Source of the DNA: an uncultured Gammaproteobacteria bacterium
GTDB lineage: Bacteria; Patescibacteriota; Microgenomatia; Levybacterales; UBA12049
Length of the DNA: 64,000 nt
NCBI GenBank assembly: GCA_964416445.1
Contig: CAYQEE010000001.1
Coordinates: forward strand, 67,676 to 131,675
Reading direction: 5' to 3'
Positions 1 to 9,242 of the stretch are shown piece after piece (position 1 is the stretch's first letter; each line of letters opens with the position of its first letter). The translations under genes and the position numbers were made by a program. Below the pieces are notes generated by a model. It did no database searches. It was given only the letters and a program-made list of their open reading frames with translations, and was not told where the DNA came from.

Positions 1-846
1 CAAAAAAATAAACTGCAACGTTCATTAGTTGTTTTTAGTGGAAATCAGAATGCAATTACGACCTTAGTGGAAAATCCTATTCCGCACGCAAGAAATTTAG
101 TAGATAGCGTATTACCTCTTATGAGACGGTATGGTTTTTCTGATCTCAATTTAGATATCGAGTATACTCAAGCAGCTTCAGATGCAGCAAGAACACACTT
201 TGTACAATTTGTAAAAGCGGTGAAAGAAGGAATTACCAAAAAACAAAAAACAACAATTACTGTTGAAATAAGCGCTATTGACGTTGTTGCTAAACACCTT
301 ATTGATGCTGGTGCAGTTGGACGTCTAGTTGATCATCTTGTGATAATGGCCTATGATTATCACTCAACAGATTCACTCGTTACCGGTCCTATCGCTCCTC
401 TCTATGGTGCTGGTACTGTATCCGAGTATGATGTTGCTACTGCTGTTGACAAAACAATTGATAAAGTTCCTTCTCAAAAACTAATCCTTGGCATTCCTCT
501 GTATGGATATGAGTGGGAAACCATTGGAACAGTTCCTCGATCGGCAATTATTCCAAATACTGGTCAAGCAGCAAGTAATCGTCGTGTTGAATTACTCAAA
601 GAATCATGTGCCACTTGTAGTGCTCAATTTGAAAACATTGCCGAGGAACCATATCTTATTTATCTCGACAATGAAACAAATTCCTATCATCAATTTTTTT
701 ATCCCGACATTCGATCAACGCAAGTAAAATTAAACTACGCAGCGAAAATGAATCTTGGAGGAGTTGCTTTATGGGCGTTAGGCTATGAAGGGAAAAACAT
801 TATGAATCCACTAAGTGTTTATAAAAACGACTCAATAAGTTATTGA
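1..846 (+). CDS. Glycoside hydrolase family 18 (chitinase/spore-cortex hydrolase-like), 5'-truncated by window edge
   Basis: Frame is open from base 1 (QKNKLQRSLVVFSGNQNAITTLVENP). Motifs: FSDLNLDIEY (variant of DxxDxDxE, catalytic Glu kept), IMAYDY, KLILGIPLYG and C-terminal LGGVALWALG. Confidence 0.85.
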   Translation, partial: QKNKLQRSLVVFSGNQNAITTLVENPIPHARNLVDSVLPLMRRYGFSDLNLDIEYTQAASDAARTHFVQFVKAVKEGITKKQKTTITVEISAIDVVAKHLIDAGAVGRLVDHLVIMAYDYHSTDSLVTGPIAPLYGAGTVSEYDVATAVDKTIDKVPSQKLILGIPLYGYEWETIGTVPRSAIIPNTGQAASNRRVELLKESCATCSAQFENIAEEPYLIYLDNETNSYHQFFYPDIRSTQVKLNYAAKMNLGGVALWALGYEGKNIMNPLSVYKNDSISY

Positions 847-1487
847 GAAATGAGGGAGTATTTTTGAGAAGCCGCATTGTATATGAATATATTTCCGAAA
901 GGTACTGGTACAACATTACTCATATTATGAATATCATTAAACGCTGCTGTCACGAAACCAGAAAGAACGGTAATGGTTACACGAGAATTACTTTGATCTA
1001 CTTTTATTGAAGAGACACCATTACTAATTTGTGTGATAAGACTCAATGATTTTACTGAAAATGGTTGTGATGTACTTGTCAGGTTATAGGTAACAGTTCC
1101 GGAATTTTGTGAGACAACGAGAGAAGTTGGAAGTGTTTGAATAAACTGTAACTGCGTATTCGGTTGAATGAGTATACTGCCAACAGTATTGAATAGTATC
1201 GTTGTAGATCCATCTTCTTTTGTATCAATTTCTTCACCTTGTTGAATTTGACGAGGCATTGTAATAACTGCCGGTTCAGTAGCAATCCGTGATTCCCATA
1301 AAACAGTTCCGGAAAGCGTTGAAATATAACCGCTTAATGACTGTAGAGGTGCTTTCTGCAACGAAAACGATGTATACAACTGTGGTTTTTGGATCATGTT
1401 TTTTAAAAGAACGATATGGTTAAAATAGAGTGTACTGATGAATAACCCTATGAGCATGGTAATTAAGAAGGTAACGAATAATTTCAT
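840..1487 (-). CDS. FecR-domain-like membrane-anchored protein
   Basis: N-terminal TM helix, then LSGTV...IQQGEEIDTKEDGSTTILF...ILIQPNTQLQF...ITVLSG, a beta-rich pattern typical of FecR domains. Confidence 0.55.
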   Translation of the reverse strand: MKLFVTFLITMLIGLFISTLYFNHIVLLKNMIQKPQLYTSFSLQKAPLQSLSGYISTLSGTVLWESRIATEPAVITMPRQIQQGEEIDTKEDGSTTILFNTVGSILIQPNTQLQFIQTLPTSLVVSQNSGTVTYNLTSTSQPFSVKSLSLITQISNGVSSIKVDQSNSRVTITVLSGFVTAAFNDIHNMSNVVPVPFGNIFIYNAASQKYSLISQ

Positions 1488-1692
1488 AACATGTTCACTA
1501 TCATATTATAATAAAAAATATGCAAAGAGTTTTGAATAGTACTCCTTTGTCTGGAGTAGCCCTTATAATGTGCTACTGAACTGTTATTAACTTTCCTGCG
1601 ACAGAAAAATAATGACCTTCCCTTACAGGCAGCTTTGAAAATTGAAATACAAAATAGCAAAAAATTCTCGCGAGAGCTGGAGTATTAAATAA

Positions 1693-2319
1693 CTACTTTT
1701 TTCTTCCGCTGAAGTTACGATTTTTTTCAATAAAATGAACCAATAAATAATTACCAAATTTATATCGTATAAGAACGACAAGTGATAAATCGAGAATACC
1801 AATATAAAGAGGGAAACCGTATTGGGCGAGCGTCCAAGATTTAATAGTTAGCAGAGTGATGACTGCACTAATCATTCCTAAAAAGTAAATTAAATAGCTT
1901 TCCGTTTCAGGCGCATAAAATGCTTTAACAATGGTTGGCAAGCCAGCGGAAGCATCAGCAAGAATACTAAATAAGATTGCGATATTTGGCGCTTTTGAGA
2001 GATACCATAAAAGTATCCCACAAAAAGAGAGACTTGCGCAAATTAGATCAAATAATCCTAATTTCCAATGAGATTTTTTGTTAATAAACGAAATAAAAAA
2101 TATGAGCAGCGGAATAATTCCTACAGTAAAGGTGAGAAGAGATGTTAAACCTACACCTTGTTTAATTTCTGCAACAAAGGCAACGAAAGGGGCAAAGGAC
2201 CAAAAAAGCCAAGTAACTTTATTTGGTTGTACTTTTCCTGTAATAGTATCTAATATATAACTTAAGCTACCAATAAAAGTTAATATTACTCCAATAATGA
2301 CAAAATACTGATTAATCAT
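1693..2319 (-). CDS. Uncharacterised integral membrane protein (~7 TM, two-repeat, PQ-loop/SWEET-like topology)
   Basis: 208-aa hydrophobic ORF. The halves carry the Pro-containing motifs GKVQPNKVTW and LPTIVKAFYAPETES. Confidence 0.6.
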   Translation of the reverse strand: MINQYFVIIGVILTFIGSLSYILDTITGKVQPNKVTWLFWSFAPFVAFVAEIKQGVGLTSLLTFTVGIIPLLIFFISFINKKSHWKLGLFDLICASLSFCGILLWYLSKAPNIAILFSILADASAGLPTIVKAFYAPETESYLIYFLGMISAVITLLTIKSWTLAQYGFPLYIGILDLSLVVLIRYKFGNYLLVHFIEKNRNFSGRKK

Positions 2320-2384
2320 AGAACACTCAGCTCAGTATAATCTACTCATCTTCGCTGTACAAGTAAGGGAGTAATTTATGCTAA

Positions 2385-3368
2385 TTATAAAAGCGGCAAT
2401 ATTTCTTTTCCGTAGTTTGAAATAAAGTCTAGTTGATTAGGACCTGCTGAATGGACAATAATATGCGTAAAGCCGAGATTGGTATATTGTTTTATATACT
2501 GTATATGGTCTTGCGGATTACGGGAAATGCACATGCTTTGTTGAATAGTATCCATTCCTACTGCAGCACCGTTCATTTCAGACATTTTTGGTGTATAAAT
2601 CTTTTGATCGAATAAAGCTGGGATAAAGGTGCCAGCCCAATATTTTTTCATTTCATGTGTCACTGCTTTTATATCTTCAGAAAAAGCAACATTAATTTCG
2701 ATAAGTTTCGGCATCTTGGTAGCATTTTTACCAGCTTCTTCTGCACCTTTAGTAAAGTTTCTTATTATTTGTTTATATACTTCAGGTTTTTGTCCTCCAA
2801 CCGTTATGAGTCCGTCACCATATTCCCCCGCAAAGAAAGCACTTTCAGGAACTAATGACGATATATAAATTGGAATAGAATTTTTAGGCAAAGTAAATAA
2901 CTTTGCTTTTTTGGTTTCATAATATTCTCCTGTAAAAGTGACTTCTTTTCCTGTCAAAAGTTGTCGTATTAGGGTAATTGATTCTTGTAACATAGCTCTT
3001 CTTGTGTTATACCCAGGCCAAATTCCCGTTGCTGCATATTCATTTAATGCTTCACCAGTTCCTGTACATAAATAGAATCTGCCGTTAGCCATATAGGAAA
3101 TTGTAGCTGAAGCTTGAGCAATTATTGAAGGGTGATAACGAATGATGGGGCAGGTAAGCCCTGTTCCTACCATAATGTGCTTAGTTTTTACTGCCGCTGC
3201 CCCCAACCAGCTCCATGTATATGCACAACTTCCTTGCTCTGACCATGGGTGAAAATGATCACTGACATCGATACTGTCAAATCCTACTTTATCTGCAAGT
3301 ATCGCTTGTTCAAGCAAATCATCAGGTTGATATTGTTCTATTCCTGCTTTCCATCCAATGTGTGCCAT
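2385..3368 (-). CDS. F420-dependent LLM-class oxidoreductase, Fgd-related (TIGR03557-like)
   Basis: EQY..., SDHFHPW, TCPIIRYHPSIIAQA and GTGEALNE motifs match the F420-dependent glucose-6-phosphate dehydrogenase-related family. Confidence 0.85.
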   Translation of the reverse strand: MAHIGWKAGIEQYQPDDLLEQAILADKVGFDSIDVSDHFHPWSEQGSCAYTWSWLGAAAVKTKHIMVGTGLTCPIIRYHPSIIAQASATISYMANGRFYLCTGTGEALNEYAATGIWPGYNTRRAMLQESITLIRQLLTGKEVTFTGEYYETKKAKLFTLPKNSIPIYISSLVPESAFFAGEYGDGLITVGGQKPEVYKQIIRNFTKGAEEAGKNATKMPKLIEINVAFSEDIKAVTHEMKKYWAGTFIPALFDQKIYTPKMSEMNGAAVGMDTIQQSMCISRNPQDHIQYIKQYTNLGFTHIIVHSAGPNQLDFISNYGKEILPLL

Positions 3369-3456
3369 TGCTTAACTATGCAGATTATAGATCAGGGAAA
3401 TGTTAATTTTTCTTAAGAATTTTGATAGAACTAAATTCTGATTAAAAATCCAGAGT

Positions 3457-4326
3457 TTACAATTTTGCTAATTGTGGAATGATTTTTTCGCCAAATATGT
3501 GAAGAGGAGTAATTGCTTCCACATTTCTGATTCCAAAAATAGCATGATCAATACCTAATTCTCGAAGATGTTGTGCTTGCCCAATGATTTCTGCAGGATT
3601 TACGGTTGGTGAGGCAAATACGAGAACGGTCTTTTCTATCTCTCGATAATTTCGTCCAATTTCTTTGCAATGTTGTTGAAGTACCTGTAATTTATGGATA
3701 AGTCCTGGTTCATCATTTGCAAAAAGATTACATGCATTAGCATATTGTGCTACAAGTCGTAATGTTTTCTTCTCACCACCACCACCAATAAGGATTGGAA
3801 TAGTTGGTTTTGCGAGCGGAATTGGATGATTGATCGGTTCGCTAAGATTAAAATGTTTTCCTGAAATTGGTGCTGTATTATCTTGAAACATTTGTTTTGC
3901 AATGATGAGAGTTTCTTCTAATTCCTCAAACCGTTCTTTCAATGAAGGAAAGGGAAAACCAAGTCCTTTCGATTCTTCTTCATTCCAAGCTGCACCAATA
4001 CCGAGTATTGCTCTTCCTTTGCTTAAGACGTCAAGCGTAGTGACTGCTTTCACCAGCAAAGCAGGTTGTCGATAAATAACACCAGTAACCATAGTTCCTA
4101 AGGTTACTTTTTTTGTCTTACCAGCTAAGAAACCGAGGGTAGTATATGCTTCGAGCATCGGTTCTTCTTTCATTCCAACATGAGGTATTTGAAAAAAATG
4201 ATCCATTACCCAGAGACTATTAAACCCGACAGAATCTGCAGTAGTTGCAATTGTTGCAAGCGTATCACTTATTGACTGAGGCTCTTTTGGCCAGGTAAAT
4301 CTGCTAATTTGTAATCCCACTTTCAT
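3457..4326 (-). CDS. F420-dependent LLM-class oxidoreductase, Rv1855c-like (TIGR03560-like)
   Basis: WVMDHFFQI, MLEAYTTLGFLA, GIGAAWNEEE and GGGGEKKTLRLVAQYANACNL motifs. Confidence 0.85.
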   Translation of the reverse strand: MKVGLQISRFTWPKEPQSISDTLATIATTADSVGFNSLWVMDHFFQIPHVGMKEEPMLEAYTTLGFLAGKTKKVTLGTMVTGVIYRQPALLVKAVTTLDVLSKGRAILGIGAAWNEEESKGLGFPFPSLKERFEELEETLIIAKQMFQDNTAPISGKHFNLSEPINHPIPLAKPTIPILIGGGGEKKTLRLVAQYANACNLFANDEPGLIHKLQVLQQHCKEIGRNYREIEKTVLVFASPTVNPAEIIGQAQHLRELGIDHAIFGIRNVEAITPLHIFGEKIIPQLAKL

Positions 4327-4530
4327 AGATAGTTTTCTTTTTCATTATATAAACCATATGCGATGAATGCAATCGCCCTGTGGATCGGTATTTTTAGGAA
4401 CGCAAATGAGGATTTTCTGGGCTTGTAGTGGCTAAAACGAGCGAAATAGGTGATATAGTTGTATTCATGTCCCACAGATCAATAACGTCTTATAGTTGAA
4501 ATTGGGTAATAAAATCGTTAAGATACAGCT

Positions 4531-6888
4531 ATGCCGACACCTGAACAAGTACAGCAAGCACAAGCGTATTTTTCAACATTACGTAGTTTGAGAACTGCAT
4601 TTCAGTCTCCTCAAGAATATCATCAATTTGTACGTGCACAGCGTTTGACAAACGAACATCAATCAAATCTGTCAATCATGAATTCATTTCGTCGTGGCCG
4701 ATTCGTACCTTCTGAACCTGCTCAGCAATCAGTAACATTTCCCCCAGATCAAGCGGTAAAAAAAAGTGAAGTGTCACTTGCTACATTACATGAGCAAATA
4801 AATAGGGAAAAAATGCAGCAAGCCCAACCAGGAGAATTTACTTGGTCGATGATGGAATGGGAAAGTTATCAAACAGCGATGCAAGAGACAAATGTCCACA
4901 AACGTGAAAAAGCCGTAAAGAAAACCGCGAAAATTGCTGCAGATAATCTCTTTGATCATGTTGACAGAATTGATTTCGCCGTAAGTTTATGGCGATCCTT
5001 TGAACTTGAGCAAGCGGACACGCAAGGTACACAATCATTTACTCAACGTGTAACTCGAGAACTTGCGATAAAAGCAAAAGAACGATGGAGAAATCTTACC
5101 CATGAGCAAATTGCTGAACTTATCAAAATCTATACCTACTCACCACTTGCTCATAAAACCGCACAAACGGTTCTAGCAAGCTATTTCTTGGGTCCTGAAA
5201 ATGAAGTTGAAAAGCAAAAACATGTAACGCAAGACTGGGAGAGAAGTTTGCGGGTTTGGCAAAATACTGCTGACATTTTATATACTTTAGCGCACACCGC
5301 ACTTGATCTCGTTGACGATATGCCGGCATTGAGAAAAGTACTTCGCATGCAAGAGTTTTTGGATAACGATGTAATTCCGATGGGTTCCCGTTTCATGGTT
5401 CACTCGACCATGGGATTAAATTTTTGCACGGAAGGGACTCCCGTACAAAATAAGATACTAAAAACAAGACATATTGCAGAACGCGTTTTTTCTGATTTAG
5501 AAACAATTGCTGGTATTTCTACGAATGAGTATATCCCTCAAGCTATGAAAGTACTAAGTTCTTCTGAGTATCATACACGTCAAGCAGGAATGATTATTAA
5601 TCACGTTGAGAAACGTATTGGGTATGATGAAAGAATAAAACGACGAGAAATGATTACCGCATTATCTGCAGATACGGTTCATGAAACCGGACAATCAAAA
5701 AACTGGTTAGAACAACTCATACACGATCCTACTGATCCATTAGAGAGACGGTATAAACGCGAAATAGGTCAGCAAGTGGTTGCAACAAGCTTAGGGAGAA
5801 AATTGGTACGAGAAAACTACGCCGCAAATAGTAGATCACATCTTGCATGGTATACTCTTCCGATTGAAAACGGATCAACGATGGTAAGTCTTATTATTCC
5901 GAGGTCATTGCTTTCTCAACTCAAAGAAGTTACAAAACAAGCTGTTGCCATTTATATGGAAACAGAACAAGCCCAACAATTTGTCCATGAAGAAAACGAT
6001 ATAGCACCATATCAAATATTTACCCAGACCTTTCAAATACAAAATGAAAAAGTAACGGTATTAGTACGAAAGCTCACGGAGCGGGAAAAAAGACAACATG
6101 AGCTCATGCAACTCCAAGAAATAGCATTTCCACTTATTGAAACTGTTGATGGGAAACCGGTCGCTGAAGCGAATCAAGCATTGGCAAGGGAAATTTATGG
6201 TACCCGACACATCTTCCCCAATGCCAGAGGATATCGAGTCAATTTTATGCAAGATACGCCACTTGGTAAAATGGGCATCGAAAATATTGATTTTATTGAT
6301 GATCCAGAAGGTACTGGAGAAATTGTTGCAATTTTTCCCGTTGGATCAGTGCCATTACGAATAAAAATAGCAAAAAATTTTACGCTTGATTTACAAGGAA
6401 AAACCTTTCCCAATCAGATGTTAAAAGAGTCGGTCCATTTCCTCTTATTAAAATTACTTCAACCAATTATTTGTTCCGATCCAGAAATAGGCGAAATACC
6501 AGAACAAACAGAGGTAACCAGAGTGATAACTGATCGTGTGGGATATCTCCGATATCTTCCTCCGACATGGAGCTATTCTGCGCAAGCAGTGAGCAATTAT
6601 AGGAGAGAACGACATGATGATCTTGAAGTGATGAGCGCGGTCAGGCAAGAAACAGCAAGAGAAAAAGCAAATCAGTATTTGCAAGTAACCGAACAAATTA
6701 TTGAACAACCAAATCCTCAAGCCAAGGCAGCAGTGTTTGAAAGAGCATGGATGAATCACGTTAAATGGGAGCGAAGGAGCCGAGGACAATCTACCTATGT
6801 AAAAGAAATAACTTCTGGGGAAATATTACCACCTTTGGACGTAACAAACATAGTATCTCAAGAAATCTTGTATCTTCAGTTTGTCTAG
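4531..6888 (+). CDS. Hypothetical protein (785 aa, soluble, largely helical)
   Basis: Long uninterrupted ORF. No recognisable catalytic motif, TM segment or signal peptide. Confidence 0.75.
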   Translation: MPTPEQVQQAQAYFSTLRSLRTAFQSPQEYHQFVRAQRLTNEHQSNLSIMNSFRRGRFVPSEPAQQSVTFPPDQAVKKSEVSLATLHEQINREKMQQAQPGEFTWSMMEWESYQTAMQETNVHKREKAVKKTAKIAADNLFDHVDRIDFAVSLWRSFELEQADTQGTQSFTQRVTRELAIKAKERWRNLTHEQIAELIKIYTYSPLAHKTAQTVLASYFLGPENEVEKQKHVTQDWERSLRVWQNTADILYTLAHTALDLVDDMPALRKVLRMQEFLDNDVIPMGSRFMVHSTMGLNFCTEGTPVQNKILKTRHIAERVFSDLETIAGISTNEYIPQAMKVLSSSEYHTRQAGMIINHVEKRIGYDERIKRREMITALSADTVHETGQSKNWLEQLIHDPTDPLERRYKREIGQQVVATSLGRKLVRENYAANSRSHLAWYTLPIENGSTMVSLIIPRSLLSQLKEVTKQAVAIYMETEQAQQFVHEENDIAPYQIFTQTFQIQNEKVTVLVRKLTEREKRQHELMQLQEIAFPLIETVDGKPVAEANQALAREIYGTRHIFPNARGYRVNFMQDTPLGKMGIENIDFIDDPEGTGEIVAIFPVGSVPLRIKIAKNFTLDLQGKTFPNQMLKESVHFLLLKLLQPIICSDPEIGEIPEQTEVTRVITDRVGYLRYLPPTWSYSAQAVSNYRRERHDDLEVMSAVRQETAREKANQYLQVTEQIIEQPNPQAKAAVFERAWMNHVKWERRSRGQSTYVKEITSGEILPPLDVTNIVSQEILYLQFV

Positions 6889-6890
6889 GT

Positions 6891-7511
6891 CTACATTTTC
6901 TCTTCTTTTCCAGAGAAAAAGTTTGGAGCAATGTTAGCAAGTATATCTATATCCACAGGAGTATCAATATCAAATGCAGTAGTCATAGCGGTATAAACTT
7001 GATAGGTTAGTGAGCGCATTGTTGCATAGTGTTTATAGATAGTAAAACTATTATTGCCAAAAAGAAAAGGTACTAATAACGGTGTGTGTGTCAGGAGAAT
7101 ATTCGTACCCGTGCCTTCCTTAGAGGGAGCTAGCACGAGTGAACAAGATTGTGAGAGTTGAATAATATTTTGAATATCTTCTTTTTGTACCAGAGGGAGA
7201 TCGGCGGAAATTATTAAAAGCGGATTAGACTTAGTTTCCTGTACTGCTGCATTATGAAGCGCTTTATTCTGGGTAAAGCTAGTATCTAAGTAATGATGGA
7301 TGCCAAGTTGCTTTTTAAGTCGTATGATAGAAGGATCTGCAGTTACTACTGATATCTGAGATATCTCTTGACACATACTGAGTACCGTAACCACATGCGT
7401 AAACATTTGCAATATAAGCTTTTTCCTATTTGCTTCAGGCAAATAGGCACGCAAGCGACTTTTTCCTTGTGAGAGCGTTTTCACGGGAATTAATGCATGA
7501 CAGTTATTCAT
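6891..7511 (-). CDS. cofC: 2-phospho-L-lactate/PEP guanylyltransferase
   Basis: ALIPVKTLSQGKSRL, ISADLPL, GTGTN and AFDIDTPVD motifs; lies next to cofD. Confidence 0.9.
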   Translation of the reverse strand: MNNCHALIPVKTLSQGKSRLRAYLPEANRKKLILQMFTHVVTVLSMCQEISQISVVTADPSIIRLKKQLGIHHYLDTSFTQNKALHNAAVQETKSNPLLIISADLPLVQKEDIQNIIQLSQSCSLVLAPSKEGTGTNILLTHTPLLVPFLFGNNSFTIYKHYATMRSLTYQVYTAMTTAFDIDTPVDIDILANIAPNFFSGKEEKM

Positions 7512-7521
7512 GGGGTTTATA

Positions 7522-8454
7522 CTATAGAGAAACTCCAGCTGCTGTTAATGCCATAGCTGCTAACTTTTTTTTCGTGTGAATATCATGCATGATGGTATCC
7601 AAGGTAAAGACCTCCATACCGAGTTTTTCGATAGCCGATTGCAAATAGGCGTCTTGCAAATCAATTATCATACCATTTAAAAAATCTTTATAGTATTGAG
7701 CGACACCGAATGCAGATACCTCAAGATGTTTAAATTTCATGAGTTTGTCAGCAGGACCTTTAATTGGTTTTCCGCTGATGATAGGACTAATAGCAATTTT
7801 TTTACTTTTCGTTTGTAGTAAAGCTTGTTTGATTCCTGGAATAGCGAGAATACTACCGATGCTCACGAGTGGATTACTCGGTGCAATAATGATTGCTTCA
7901 GCAGTTGCAATTGCCTCGAGTATTTCAGGAGCTGCTTTTGCTTGTGCTGAGTGAGGAAAAATGATATCAAGAACAGGGATTTCAGTTCTATATTTAACAA
8001 AATATTCTTCAAAATGTATTATGCCTTGAGGAGTTTTAATATAGGTTTGTGCTATATCGTTACTCATGGGTACGAGTTGAATTTGAAGACCAAATTTTTT
8101 TACTATTTCTCGAGTTGCTTCACTCAGTGTTTTCCCTTGTTTCAAAAGATGTGTTCGATAAATATGTGTGGCTAAATCTTTATCTCCTAATAGGAACCAT
8201 GAGTCGTATCCCAGAAAAGTTAATTGGTTCATTGTGGCGTAGGTATCTTGTTTAATACCCCACCCTTGTTGGGGGTTAACCACTTTCGCAAGGGTGTAGA
8301 CAATAATATCTAAATCAGGCGAGACATGTAAACCGTAGAAATCACGGTCATCACCAGTATTGCCAATGATAAATATTTGTTCTTGTGGTTTAATGCAAAT
8401 TAATCCCTCAAGAAACTTTGCTGCTCCAACCCCTCCAGCTAATACGACAATCAT
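7522..8454 (-). CDS. cofD: LPPG:FO 2-phospho-L-lactate transferase
   Basis: LAGGVGAAKF, NTGDD, VSPDLD, LGDKDLATH, HFEEYFV, PSNPLVSIG and KGPADKLM motifs. Confidence 0.93.
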   Translation of the reverse strand: MIVVLAGGVGAAKFLEGLICIKPQEQIFIIGNTGDDRDFYGLHVSPDLDIIVYTLAKVVNPQQGWGIKQDTYATMNQLTFLGYDSWFLLGDKDLATHIYRTHLLKQGKTLSEATREIVKKFGLQIQLVPMSNDIAQTYIKTPQGIIHFEEYFVKYRTEIPVLDIIFPHSAQAKAAPEILEAIATAEAIIIAPSNPLVSIGSILAIPGIKQALLQTKSKKIAISPIISGKPIKGPADKLMKFKHLEVSAFGVAQYYKDFLNGMIIDLQDAYLQSAIEKLGMEVFTLDTIMHDIHTKKKLAAMALTAAGVSL

Positions 8455-8472
8455 ATAATTTTTTCTCTTACT

Positions 8473-9228
8473 TTATCGAAACATATCTGATAATGGATCA
8501 CGAAGTAATGAATCAGCATTCTGTGAACTTGCATCATAATGAAATCCTCGGAGAATAGCTACTGGAATATTATCTATTTTACCCATGACTAATTCGGCGG
8601 CTGAAGCTATTTCATCAGCAATGGCGATAACACTTGCATGAAGTTCATAACCTGAGACATCTTGTTTACCTCTAAAATCTAAGAGCGGAGAAATGCCAGA
8701 AGATCCAATTGCAAAGTTTACTTGGCCTTCACGCCATGGACGACCCCATGTATCAGAAATGATCGTAGCAAGCTCAACGTCCCAGCGTTTTTTTAGATCT
8801 TTTCGAAGTGCGTCAGCTGATTTATTCGGACTGGACGGAAGGATTGATACGGTATTGGTTTTCATTATATTTGATGCATCGACACCGGCATTTGCGCAAA
8901 TAAAACCATGATGTGTTTCAGTGATTAAAACGGTACTATTCATGCGAACAATTCGTTTACTCTGTTGCAAAACAACTTCAATAAATCGAGGATCTTTTTG
9001 AGCAGTTTTTGCAATATGTATTGCAAATGCAGATGGAGTAATACTATTCAAATGAATAATTTGCCCTTCTACTTTTGATACGATTTTTTGGGTAACGATT
9101 ACAATATCCTTATTTTTTAGTGAAATACCATTCCCTGTTATCGCAATGCTTATCAATTCAGATAGCGAATCACCTGGAGATATTTCAGGAATATAATGGA
9201 TAGGGAAAATTTCAATCGAATGTTTCAT
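8473..9228 (-). CDS. cofE: Coenzyme F420-0:gamma-glutamyl ligase (single-domain)
   Basis: TQKIVSKVEG, ANAGVDASN, SDTWGRPWREG, AIADEIASAAELVMGK and DMFR motifs. At 251 aa it has no C-terminal nitroreductase domain. Confidence 0.93.
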   Translation of the reverse strand: MKHSIEIFPIHYIPEISPGDSLSELISIAITGNGISLKNKDIVIVTQKIVSKVEGQIIHLNSITPSAFAIHIAKTAQKDPRFIEVVLQQSKRIVRMNSTVLITETHHGFICANAGVDASNIMKTNTVSILPSSPNKSADALRKDLKKRWDVELATIISDTWGRPWREGQVNFAIGSSGISPLLDFRGKQDVSGYELHASVIAIADEIASAAELVMGKIDNIPVAILRGFHYDASSQNADSLLRDPLSDMFR

Positions 9229-9242
9229 TTTTGTTTGATAAA

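Noticed and set aside
1540-1675. Short hairpin TACTCC-N7-GGAGTA and palindrome TCTCGCGAGA in the 1488-1692 gap
   Set aside because: The stems are too short and lack a U-tract; expected by chance.
4327-4530. Possible structured RNA or riboswitch between the divergent LLM and 785-aa genes (CTGTGG...CCACAG pairing)
   Set aside because: There is only a 6-bp complement and no recognisable FMN or other riboswitch consensus. An Rfam/Infernal scan would be needed.
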